32,000 nucleotides of DNA. It comes from Raphidiopsis brookii D9. GTDB taxonomy: Bacteria; Cyanobacteriota; Cyanobacteriia; Cyanobacteriales; Nostocaceae. Below, one piece after another: positions 18,335 through 27,346 of the stretch. The stretch lies in contig ACYB01000038.1 in the NCBI GenBank assembly GCA_000175855.1, positions 1-32,000 of the forward strand, given 5' to 3'. The position numbers and the translations under genes are program-made. The notes beneath the pieces are model-generated. The model was not told the DNA's origin. It worked only from the letters and a program-made list of their open reading frames with translations, and did not search any database. Position 1 is the first letter of the stretch, and every line of letters starts with the position of its first letter.

Positions 18335-18718
18335 ATGGTTAAATATACCTTTTACCTCAAACCTCAAGGTTCTCCTGAACAGTATAGTTATAGTTTAGAT
18401 CTCAGTGTGACCGAGGAAGATGCACCTGAAAAGGTTTTTACCCCCACCATTAGAGAAAACATTCGCACAACCTTACAAAATCTGAGTCTATCGGCAATTA
18501 AGGATTACCAACTTAGCCAAATTATTCAAAGCTGGATTGAGGATATTAGGGAGGGTTATAGATTTAGTTCCCTCAGTCTTAATTTGGGATTATTAATTGA
18601 TGAAAACATTGACCAACTAAGGGAAAATGGCAACCAAGAAATTCCTCCCATTGTCGACCCAGATATATCCAATATAGAACCTCAAGCGGGAGTATTACCA
18701 CCTTTAAATTTTATTTAG
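18335..18718 (+). CDS. Hypothetical protein in the vWA/FHA/PP2C/kinase cassette
   Basis: 127 aa intact ORF in line with cassette spacing (MVKYTFYLKPQGSPEQYSYSLDLSVTEEDAPEKVFTPTIRENIRTTLQNLSLSAIKDYQLSQIIQSWIEDIR...). Confidence 0.7.
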   Translation: MVKYTFYLKPQGSPEQYSYSLDLSVTEEDAPEKVFTPTIRENIRTTLQNLSLSAIKDYQLSQIIQSWIEDIREGYRFSSLSLNLGLLIDENIDQLRENGNQEIPPIVDPDISNIEPQAGVLPPLNFI

Positions 18719-18785
18719 GTTTAAGTCTGGTAATTTAAATCTGAGAACGGGTTGTTTTTGTTGAAATTGAAAAAGGAGATATGAG

Positions 18786-20180
18786 ATGAAGAATGCCATA
18801 AAAACTGCCATTGCTCCCAACCGGGAATTTATGTTAGCAGATAAAGCAGGACAAAAGTTATTTGTGATGTTGAAGTTACGTCCAACAAAGGATATAGCTA
18901 CCAATCTTCCACCAACTAGTTTTACCTTTGTCATTGACACCAGTGGTTCAATGTATGAAGTAGTCGCAGGTGATGTAGAAGATACGGGTGTTACCTATCA
19001 ACAGGATGGCAAAGAATATAAACAGGTAACAGGGGGTAAATCAAAAATAGATATAGTGATTGAATCTTTATTAAGATTAGTTAATTCAGGGAAGTTAAAA
19101 CAACAAGATCGTGTTTCTATAGTTCAATTTGATGACAGTGCTTCCCAGATAATTGGGCTGACTAGTGCAACGGAAACTAAACAAATTGAGACTGCAATTA
19201 AAAAATTGAGAGATTTCTCAGGTGGTACCCGCATGGGTTTAGGATTGCGGCGTGCTTTTGATATATTGAGTGAACAGGAAATGACCGTCAAACGTGCCCT
19301 CTTATTTACAGATGGGCAAACATTTGATGAAGATCAATGTCAATCAATTGCTAATCACTTTGCCACCCGTAATATACCAATTACTGCATTAGGAGTGGGG
19401 GAAGAGTTTAATGAGGATTTACTTACCCATCTGAGCGACTACACTGGGGGAAAATTATTCTATGTAGTACCCGGAATAGCTAAGGGTACAGAAGTGTCCA
19501 TGCTGGATTTACCTAATAAGATTATTTCTGAATATAGTGAAGCACAACAGGAGGTAATCACTAATTTGGCTTTAACTGTGAAAACTGTGAAAGGAGTAGA
19601 ACTAAGTCGTATTGTTCGTGCTTATCCTACCCAAGCAGAATTTCCTATTAATCAAGATCCCTTTCCCTTAGGAAATGCTATTGCTCATGATGAAACTATT
19701 TTCATCCTAGAATTTACAGTTAATAACCGTCCTGCTTCTCGTGTACGTATTGCTCAACTGGGATTGACCTATGACATTCCCGGAGAAAAAGGGCGTGGCG
19801 AAATACCACCAGAAAATCTCATCATTCAATTTCTTGCTGGAGAACATAATGCAGCTCAGTTTAATCAAGAGGTGATGGACTATGTGCAACAATGCAATAT
19901 TGCTAATCTGGTTGACCAATCTATCAAAATGGCAGAAAAGAATCCAGAAAAAGCAGAGAAATTATTAGAAACAGCTAAAAGAATGACGTTGAAACTTGGT
20001 AATAGCGAAATGACAGAATCTTTAAATAATGCTCAGTCCGAATTGCGAAAAACTCAAAAAATCTCATCAGGAACTCGGAAGACGGTGAAAATGGGTGCTA
20101 AAGGGAAAACGGTGAAAATGGGTAACGATATTGATGATATGCTCTCAGAAGAGGAGATGCGGAATATGGTGGGAACATGA
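18786..20180 (+). CDS. vWA domain protein with C-terminal repeated Thr motif
   Basis: TSFTFVIDTSGSMYEV (MIDAS), GGTRMGLGLRRAFDIL, ALLFTDGQTFDEDQ; tail TRKTVKMGAKGKTVKMGNDIDDMLSEEEMRNMVGT. Confidence 0.93.
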   Translation: MKNAIKTAIAPNREFMLADKAGQKLFVMLKLRPTKDIATNLPPTSFTFVIDTSGSMYEVVAGDVEDTGVTYQQDGKEYKQVTGGKSKIDIVIESLLRLVNSGKLKQQDRVSIVQFDDSASQIIGLTSATETKQIETAIKKLRDFSGGTRMGLGLRRAFDILSEQEMTVKRALLFTDGQTFDEDQCQSIANHFATRNIPITALGVGEEFNEDLLTHLSDYTGGKLFYVVPGIAKGTEVSMLDLPNKIISEYSEAQQEVITNLALTVKTVKGVELSRIVRAYPTQAEFPINQDPFPLGNAIAHDETIFILEFTVNNRPASRVRIAQLGLTYDIPGEKGRGEIPPENLIIQFLAGEHNAAQFNQEVMDYVQQCNIANLVDQSIKMAEKNPEKAEKLLETAKRMTLKLGNSEMTESLNNAQSELRKTQKISSGTRKTVKMGAKGKTVKMGNDIDDMLSEEEMRNMVGT

Positions 20181-20269
20181 TAGAAGATCATGCAAGATCA
20201 TAAATCTCTCGTCAAAGCAATACTCTTGAACAGTTCTACCATAATCAGTGTGAATAAGGATAAAATACC

Positions 20270-20800
20270 ATGATTACTTGTACAGCTTGCGGATATGATC
20301 AAAATTTGGATAATACTGAATTTTGCACCATTTGTGGTTCGGAACTACCTGTTGCTGTCGCTACGTCACCCACAATTATTGAACCAACAGTATTACCGAC
20401 ACCAGAAACTAACTATCCACCTGTTGACACTCACTCTGCTGACTCTTGCTCTGGGAATACGTCTACAACCGCTAAATTAGTATCTAAACAAACTAATGCT
20501 CCCCTACCGGAGTTTATTATCGAGAATAATGCCATAGTTGGTATTTTTGACCAGGACACTGGCCCAGTGGATATAGATTTAGAAACCTTTTTCGGTGGAG
20601 AAACCGTATCCCGCAACCACGCGGAAATTTATCAGGAATCAGGAATGTGGAAGGTTAAGGATTTAGGATCTACTAACGGGGTGTTTATTAAGAATCAAGG
20701 ACAAACGCGATTTAGTTCTAGAATTACTGTACCTACTCTCCTCAAATCAGATGACGAAGTTGCATTTGGTAAGGTCAGATTTGTTTTTAAAAACATTTAG
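20270..20800 (+). CDS. Zinc ribbon + FHA domain protein
   Basis: N-terminal CTACGYDQNLDNTEFCTICG. C-terminal FHA: DIDLETFFGGETVSRNHAEIYQESGMWKVKDLGSTNGVFIKNQG. Confidence 0.93.
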   Translation: MITCTACGYDQNLDNTEFCTICGSELPVAVATSPTIIEPTVLPTPETNYPPVDTHSADSCSGNTSTTAKLVSKQTNAPLPEFIIENNAIVGIFDQDTGPVDIDLETFFGGETVSRNHAEIYQESGMWKVKDLGSTNGVFIKNQGQTRFSSRITVPTLLKSDDEVAFGKVRFVFKNI

Positions 20801-20844
20801 GGAATATATGGGGAACATATAAGTAACATATAGATAACAAACAA

Positions 20845-22659
20845 ATGAGTGATGCTACCAGTCAGTTACCACTAATAATTCAAGAAAACATCTGTTTTCA
20901 CATCGAAGCTCTACCCATAGAAATAATATCCTATTTAGGAAAGTTAACCCCTGAGATTGACTACTTCCAAGTTCGGATCATGTCTGATGCAAAACTAGGT
21001 CTACTCAGAATAGGTGCAACTGACGGTGCACTCAACCGAGAACTACTTTTGAGAAACCAATTGGGAGATTACAAGTTAATCTCTCGCATTTTATTGCATA
21101 GGGTAGAAGAGAACGTTGCTGTTGATACTAACGCTAACATTAGTCCTGACGCTAACACTATAACCTCTGGTATTTTGGATGGAGTTTCTGATCCTTTATT
21201 AAGCATATTAGGCACAATAGAAAATCTTGAGGATCATAATCTTGAGAATGGAAATACTCCCCTCACGGAACCAGGTCAGGAGATAAATGAAGACAAAGAA
21301 TATCTGGAGGAAGAATATTATCCGGAAGCAGAAATTCTTGTTAATGTTTCAAATGAAAAGCTGCTAGTTCTTAGTTATCTTCCCGATGAAAATCAAAGTT
21401 TAGAACATTGGCTAAAAACAGAACATGATTTAGAACAATCATTGTTAATTACTAGCCAAATCTGTCAGGTGTTTCGCTATCTTCACCAAAGGGAATGGTG
21501 CATTCTGAATTTCGTACCCCGATTTATTCAGATGGGAACTCTAATCCAATTTTTCGACCTAACTAGTGTTTACCCCCTGGGAGAAGTTCTCAGCTGTGGA
21601 TTTATGGGCAACTATTACGCTCCCGAATTAGCATATTCTAAAGACCCAATTGAAGAAAAGATGAGTAGTTATGCAGTAGGAGCATTGCTATATCAAATAA
21701 TTCACCGTCAAAATCTACCCACGGACCCAACTAAGCAAATAGAAATTAATCCCATACCTCAGATTTATCAAATTCTCAAAATTTGCCTATCTCAGTTACC
21801 AGAAGAAAGATTTACCCTAGAACAACTATTAAAAATATTGGTCAATACTCGACAGGAAATTACTATCCCTAAAGTTAATTGGGAGACGGCAAGTTTATCT
21901 ACCCTGGGACTATCAATTAACCGGTTGCAAAATGAGGATAACTATGGAATTAAACAACATAAAAATGGCGATCGCCTGACGGTAATGTTAGCTGGAATTG
22001 CGGATGGTATGGGGGGAATGTCCCAGGGGGAATTAGCTAGTAGGTTAGCTATAGAAACTATATTGGGATCTCCCATACCGCTAGAAAATCTCACTAAGGA
22101 ACAATATCAAGAATGGCTACAATCTTTATTTGTGGAAGCCCATGATAGGGTATCTGACCAAATTAAAAATGGGGGAACAACTTTAAGCGTGATTTTCGCG
22201 CTCTCTCAAGAATTAATGATTGCTCACGTGGGTGACAGTCGTATTTATTTACTGCGTCAAGGAGAAATGAGACAACTCAGTGAAGATCACTCTCTAGTTG
22301 CTATATTATTAGCCAGCGGAAAAATTACGGAAGAGGAACTCTCAAACCACCCAGACAGAAATATTCTCACTAAATCAATCGGTTGGAAAGGTAGATTGAG
22401 TGCTGGCTATGTTCAAGATTTACAACAAACTACCTCAAAACTAACGATGAAATTGGAACACGGAGATATTCTCTTACTATGTTCTGATGGAGTTTGGGAT
22501 TTAGTTTCTAAAAACCAACTAGCTACAAATTTCACGACTGAATCTAACCTACAAACAGCTGTCAATCTTACTATTGACCAGGTTTTACAGGAGGGTGCAA
22601 CTGATAATGCTACCCTATTAGCACTCAGGTTTTCAGTTACGGATGGTTTGAAAACTTGA
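20845..22659 (+). CDS. Pseudokinase-like domain fused to a PP2C-type protein phosphatase
   Basis: C-terminal PP2C motifs NEDNYGI, AGIADGMGGMSQGE, IAHVGDSRIYLL, DHSLV, LLCSDGVWDLV. The middle region has kinase-like APELAYSKDPIEEKMSSYAVGALLYQII but no HRD or catalytic lysine motif. Confidence 0.9.
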   Translation: MSDATSQLPLIIQENICFHIEALPIEIISYLGKLTPEIDYFQVRIMSDAKLGLLRIGATDGALNRELLLRNQLGDYKLISRILLHRVEENVAVDTNANISPDANTITSGILDGVSDPLLSILGTIENLEDHNLENGNTPLTEPGQEINEDKEYLEEEYYPEAEILVNVSNEKLLVLSYLPDENQSLEHWLKTEHDLEQSLLITSQICQVFRYLHQREWCILNFVPRFIQMGTLIQFFDLTSVYPLGEVLSCGFMGNYYAPELAYSKDPIEEKMSSYAVGALLYQIIHRQNLPTDPTKQIEINPIPQIYQILKICLSQLPEERFTLEQLLKILVNTRQEITIPKVNWETASLSTLGLSINRLQNEDNYGIKQHKNGDRLTVMLAGIADGMGGMSQGELASRLAIETILGSPIPLENLTKEQYQEWLQSLFVEAHDRVSDQIKNGGTTLSVIFALSQELMIAHVGDSRIYLLRQGEMRQLSEDHSLVAILLASGKITEEELSNHPDRNILTKSIGWKGRLSAGYVQDLQQTTSKLTMKLEHGDILLLCSDGVWDLVSKNQLATNFTTESNLQTAVNLTIDQVLQEGATDNATLLALRFSVTDGLKT

Positions 22660-22719
22660 ATGACTATAAGACTTTTGTATTCTCATCTGTATTCTTAGTT
22701 AAGTCATCAACTCAAATAT

Positions 22720-24894
22720 ATGCAGTGTCTTACTTGTCTGACCGATAATCCCGATAATGCCATCAGTTGTATTGCTTGTGGTGCACCTTTAAACTCCCAG
22801 ACAGGGATATCAAATCTACATCTCACACCAGGAGCATTGATTGGCAATGGTAGATATAGAATAGAAACAGTATTGGGACAAGGTGGCTTTGGTATTACCT
22901 ATGCAGCAACCTGTCTGACAAATTCTACTCAAGTTGCTATTAAGGAATTATGGCCAGAAAAAGCTGCTAGACAAGGTAATGCTGTTTTATGGCCAACATC
23001 AATTACTCCCGCACAGCGTCTGGAACAACTGCAAAAATTTCAATTGGAAGCTAATTATTTACAAAGGTGTAAACACCCCAATATTGCCGAAACTTATGAA
23101 TATTTCCCAGAAAATAATACGGCATATATGATTATGGAACTACTGGTTGGTAAGTCCCTAGATAAAATTTTGATGACGGAAGGAATATTAGAGGAAAATC
23201 GGATCAAACGTTATTTTTTACAAATAGCATCCGCTTTACAGGTTATTCATAGTCATAATTTATTACACCGCGATGTTAAACCGGAAAATATTATCATTGT
23301 ACCACCAGATAGAGCTGTACTCATAGATTTTGGTGCAGCAAGGGAGTTTATTGCTGGTCAAACGGGAGACATGACCAGAATTCTCACTGCTGGATATGCA
23401 CCTTATGAACAATATATTCAAAAAAGTAAACATTTTCCCGCTACTGATTTATATGCTTTATGTGCATCAATGTATGAATTATTGACTGGACAATTACCAA
23501 CAGAAGCTACAGAACGAGCTAGCAAACTTTTGCAAATTCCTCCAACAGATACATTGATTTCTCCTCGACAACTTAACCCTAAGATAACTCCTTTGATGGA
23601 AAAAATTATATTGACAGGAATGGGATTTAAGGTCGACGATAGGTTTCAAACTGCCCAGGAATTAATCGCAGCTATGCAGGGTAATTTTATTTATCCCCAA
23701 CACCAAAAAGCCAAGGAGTTAGTCAAACAAGGTAATTTAATTGCTGCGGTGGAAGCATATCAAAAATACTTGGAACTCCCAGGTAGCATTCCACAAGCAT
23801 TTGTAGAATTAGCTTTAGTACAAATACATTTAGATCAAGTCCAGGCTAAGATGGCAGCTACAAATGCTATTAAATTCCAACCAAATGATGGTCGAGGATA
23901 TGGAGTTTTGGGGTTGATTAATTGCCGTGAAAACCATTGGCAAGATGCTGTAAGTAATTTACAAAAAGGGTCTAATTTATCTCCTGATCAAGGTTGGATA
24001 CAAATAAATTTAGCTTGGGCATTAGCGAAATTAGGAAATTTAACTGCTGCTCAAACAACTATAGATAAAGTCTTGGCGGATAAAGTTTTAGAAGTAGAAT
24101 CAGATGCTATCTTCGCCCTAACTTTGAAAGCATGGATATGTCTCCAGCAGCAAGAATGGAAATCTGTTATTCGTGCAGCTAGTCAAGCTTTATTTAAATT
24201 ACAAAATCTATCAGCCAATCTAACACCTAGCTTAAGTAAGGATGAACAACAATTACAGTCAAATCTGTATATCTATTTAATTACAGCTTTGGATAAATCA
24301 GTGGTCACTAAAAAAGCTAACGATGTTAGTCTTAGAACACAGGAGTTTATAGATAAATCACCTAATAATGCAATAGCATGGGGTCTAAAGGGCTGGAAAC
24401 AAGCAAATGAACTTTTATGGAAAGACGCAGTGATTAGTTTTGAAGCTGCTATTCAGCAACCATCAGTTCCCGGTTGGGTGTTGGTAAATTGTGCAGTAGC
24501 TCAAGAAAATCTAAAAAACTATCAAGCAGCTATTGAAGTTTATAATAAATACATAAACTATGTTCACAATGAAACCCTACCCCAGGGAGACAGAAATTCA
24601 TTATTAGCATTTGCCCATTTTCGGATAGGTACTTTATATGGGCAATTGGCACTATGGAATGAAGCTAAATTGTTTTTAGACAAAGCAATTCAGTATGTTA
24701 ATAGTTATGCACAGGCATATCATAATTTGGGTTGGGTACTACTGAATACCAAAAACCAATATGGAGATGTGGAAAATAGCCGAGAAATGTTTTCCGCATA
24801 TACTCAAGCAATAAAACTATACAACAAGTCCCAACAACAGGAATTGGCATCAGACATAAAACAGGCATTTCAATTAATAGGTCTAAGTGTTTAA
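22720..24894 (+). CDS. Zinc ribbon - serine/threonine protein kinase - TPR protein
   Basis: CLTCLTDNPDNAISCIACG; RYRIETVLGQGGFGITYAATCL, VAIKELWPE, LLHRDVKPENIIIVPPDRAVLIDFGAA, LTAGYAPYEQY; followed by many TPR-like repeats. Confidence 0.95.
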   Translation: MQCLTCLTDNPDNAISCIACGAPLNSQTGISNLHLTPGALIGNGRYRIETVLGQGGFGITYAATCLTNSTQVAIKELWPEKAARQGNAVLWPTSITPAQRLEQLQKFQLEANYLQRCKHPNIAETYEYFPENNTAYMIMELLVGKSLDKILMTEGILEENRIKRYFLQIASALQVIHSHNLLHRDVKPENIIIVPPDRAVLIDFGAAREFIAGQTGDMTRILTAGYAPYEQYIQKSKHFPATDLYALCASMYELLTGQLPTEATERASKLLQIPPTDTLISPRQLNPKITPLMEKIILTGMGFKVDDRFQTAQELIAAMQGNFIYPQHQKAKELVKQGNLIAAVEAYQKYLELPGSIPQAFVELALVQIHLDQVQAKMAATNAIKFQPNDGRGYGVLGLINCRENHWQDAVSNLQKGSNLSPDQGWIQINLAWALAKLGNLTAAQTTIDKVLADKVLEVESDAIFALTLKAWICLQQQEWKSVIRAASQALFKLQNLSANLTPSLSKDEQQLQSNLYIYLITALDKSVVTKKANDVSLRTQEFIDKSPNNAIAWGLKGWKQANELLWKDAVISFEAAIQQPSVPGWVLVNCAVAQENLKNYQAAIEVYNKYINYVHNETLPQGDRNSLLAFAHFRIGTLYGQLALWNEAKLFLDKAIQYVNSYAQAYHNLGWVLLNTKNQYGDVENSREMFSAYTQAIKLYNKSQQQELASDIKQAFQLIGLSV

Positions 24895-24971
24895 GTTTAG
24901 AGGTTATTAAGGCTTTTTAAAAACCACTTTTAACCCGGTTTTAACCTAGTATGGCATAGAATCCAGTAATA

Positions 24972-26120
24972 TTAAGGAGTTGAACCAAGAATCATATTCT
25001 GGACTGCAGAAGCTGTAGCAGGTGCAAGTAAGACTCCATTACGGTAATGACCCGTTGCTAAAATTATATTAGTATAACTGGCTAATTTTTCAATTATTGG
25101 TGCTGGTCTACCTTCTGGACGAGGACGTAATCCAGACCAGCTGCGAAGAATCTTGGCCGAAGCTAATTCAGGACAAAAAGCGATCGCCTGTTGTTTAACT
25201 AGTTCCAGTAACTCCTTACTAGGTAGAACATCATCTTCTCCGTTAGGGAATTCTACTGTAGCTCCCACCCAATAATCTCCATTACCCATAGGTACTAGAT
25301 GTACATCATTACCGGTAATGACCGGTTGAAAATCAGGATTGCCTAAACTCCTTCCTAAACTCAAATATAATGCTTGTCCTAAAACTGGACGAATAGTCAC
25401 CTGATGATTTAATTGTCTAGTCAGTGCAGTAGTACCCAAACCAGCAGTAATGATAAACCAATCTGCTGTGACTACACCTTCTGTAGTATCAATAGATTTT
25501 AGTTGTTCCTGAACATGGGGTGTAATCTGGACGATTTGACTAGATGGTGCTTGGTGATTGCGAACTGCTACTCCAAATTTGAATTGCACCCCATTACGTT
25601 GTGCTGCATCCACCAATGCTAGGGTTAACGCTGTGGGATTTAACTGTAAATCCTGAGGGGAATAAACAGCACCAATTACCATAGGATTATTTACCTGGGG
25701 GCAAAAATTCCCTAGTTTCTCCCTATCCCACACCTTTAACTCCCATCCTTGGGATTTGCGCACCTGTCGTAATTCCTCCCAGTCACTCATTGCTTCCACT
25801 CCACTTTTTAGGGGGTGAGTGGGATCCTCTGATAGTAACATCACAATACCCTGACGGTTGCAGGGAATTTTTCGCCCTGTTATCTCCTCCAGCTCTGGAA
25901 TTAGGGTTTGATAGCGTTTAATACTCTCCTGGCGAATTTGCCAGGCCTTACCCTTAGTTTTATGGCTAATTACCCCCATTAAAACACCCAAAGCAGCTGC
26001 TGTAGAACCTTGTGCTGGTTGGTTTTTTTCAAAAACAGTGATATTTAAACCTTTGATTTGACTTAGTTGATATGCGATCGCTGCTCCAACTACACCACAA
26101 CCAATAATTACTACATTCAT
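24972..26120 (-). CDS. FAD-dependent oxidoreductase (DadA/glycine oxidase-like)
   Basis: MNVVIIGCGVVGAAIAYQLSQIKGLNITVFEKNQPAQGSTAAALG; C-terminal SWSGLRPRPEGRPAPII...NIILATGHYRNGVLLAP. Confidence 0.88.
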   Translation of the reverse strand: MNVVIIGCGVVGAAIAYQLSQIKGLNITVFEKNQPAQGSTAAALGVLMGVISHKTKGKAWQIRQESIKRYQTLIPELEEITGRKIPCNRQGIVMLLSEDPTHPLKSGVEAMSDWEELRQVRKSQGWELKVWDREKLGNFCPQVNNPMVIGAVYSPQDLQLNPTALTLALVDAAQRNGVQFKFGVAVRNHQAPSSQIVQITPHVQEQLKSIDTTEGVVTADWFIITAGLGTTALTRQLNHQVTIRPVLGQALYLSLGRSLGNPDFQPVITGNDVHLVPMGNGDYWVGATVEFPNGEDDVLPSKELLELVKQQAIAFCPELASAKILRSWSGLRPRPEGRPAPIIEKLASYTNIILATGHYRNGVLLAPATASAVQNMILGSTP

Positions 26121-26217
26121 AAGCTTTGTAAATAGTGAGGGATGAAGAGTTTACCCCTTCACCCTATCACCTGATTAAACTAGGGTTTTGTGACTCAAGA
26201 CTCAGATTGTAATGGAG

Positions 26218-26676
26218 TTATTCCTCAGTTGGTGCTGGGGGAATCAGTTGTAAGAACTGGTTAAAGTCTGCCACAACGTCTTTATAGCTGCTCAATGCCA
26301 GCTTAGTATTACCAGCATTAGCAGCTTGATCAACTCTGACTAAGTGATTCAATAGGTCCTTAGTAATTTTTCTTCCTTGAGCTTGGTCTTGGGGTAATAG
26401 ACTGGGGATAACATAGGTCATAGTGAGTCTAGCTTCTGTTACCGGACCATGAATAAAATTACCCACTTTAATCCACTCACTACTGGTAATCAAACTTTTT
26501 AATTCTTCAAATCGGTTTTGTACTGCCTGAATATCAGGTACATATTGTCTCACTTTTACCAATTGTTCTGGTGTGTAGGTGGGAGGTGCAGTTGTAACAG
26601 TAGGACTGCTGCAACTGATCAAAAACGTGGTCAATAGTACAAGAATCAGTGATAGAATAGAGCGTTGACGCACCAT
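26218..26676 (-). CDS. psbQ: Photosystem II CyanoQ (PsbQ-like) lipoprotein
   Basis: 152 aa; lipobox LLTTFLISCSS; YTPEQLVKVRQYVPDIQAVQNRFEELKSLITSSEWIKVGNFIHGPVTEARLTMTYVIPSLLPQDQ. Confidence 0.85.
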   Translation of the reverse strand: MVRQRSILSLILVLLTTFLISCSSPTVTTAPPTYTPEQLVKVRQYVPDIQAVQNRFEELKSLITSSEWIKVGNFIHGPVTEARLTMTYVIPSLLPQDQAQGRKITKDLLNHLVRVDQAANAGNTKLALSSYKDVVADFNQFLQLIPPAPTEE

Positions 26677-26839
26677 AAAGAAAATTAATTTAGTGTTTGT
26701 TAAGCAATTGACAGATTTATTTTAGATCGGTACTGTAATTTCTCATTCTACAGTGAGAAAGTTTTTGGAGGAATTTTGCTGAATTTTTTTACTGAATCTC
26801 TAGCAAACCTGTCGAATGTAATATTAGGAGAGTCTTGAC

Positions 26840-27259
26840 GTGAACGCATCGGAACAAGCAACCAATTTTGAACTAGCTAGTAAGATTGCTACTGTAGTCA
26901 ACTTGTTTAAATTACAATTTCCTGATGCCAAAAGCGATCTAAAACCTTGGCAAAATGACCGTGAGACCAGACAACTAGTGGATCCTGATTCTATTGATAT
27001 AGGTTTTCACTTTCCCGGAATCAGCAGGTCTTGGCGCAGTCGTAGTGTGTTAATCCAAATTCGCTTTCATCAAGATCCCATTAATAAACAATCTAAAGCT
27101 ATAGGTGTTGAAGTGTCAGGATTTGACCACCGAGGTCAAGTATGGCGACTTTCTACCATAGAACAGTGGAGTTTTGTAGGTGAGTCTACACCCTCTGCTG
27201 TAGTTGGAGAAAAACTCAAACACATTTGTAAAGAAATCTTGGAAATATTCAATATTTGA
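26840..27259 (+). CDS. Conserved hypothetical cyanobacterial protein
   Basis: 139-aa intact ORF in the intergenic space between two minus-strand genes, RBS-like AGGAG upstream. Confidence 0.65.
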   Translation: MNASEQATNFELASKIATVVNLFKLQFPDAKSDLKPWQNDRETRQLVDPDSIDIGFHFPGISRSWRSRSVLIQIRFHQDPINKQSKAIGVEVSGFDHRGQVWRLSTIEQWSFVGESTPSAVVGEKLKHICKEILEIFNI

Positions 27260-27346
27260 CTTCATTGAACTTATCCCTAGGTTAATACATAAAAACGATG
27301 GCTGGGCATTTAAGCTCACTTCTGCCTGTATATTCAAGTATTACCA

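Noticed and set aside
18704-18940. Minus-strand 78-aa ORF across the spacer before the second vWA gene
   Set aside because: Overlaps the vWA start and has no supporting features, though its hydrophobic stretch caught my attention.
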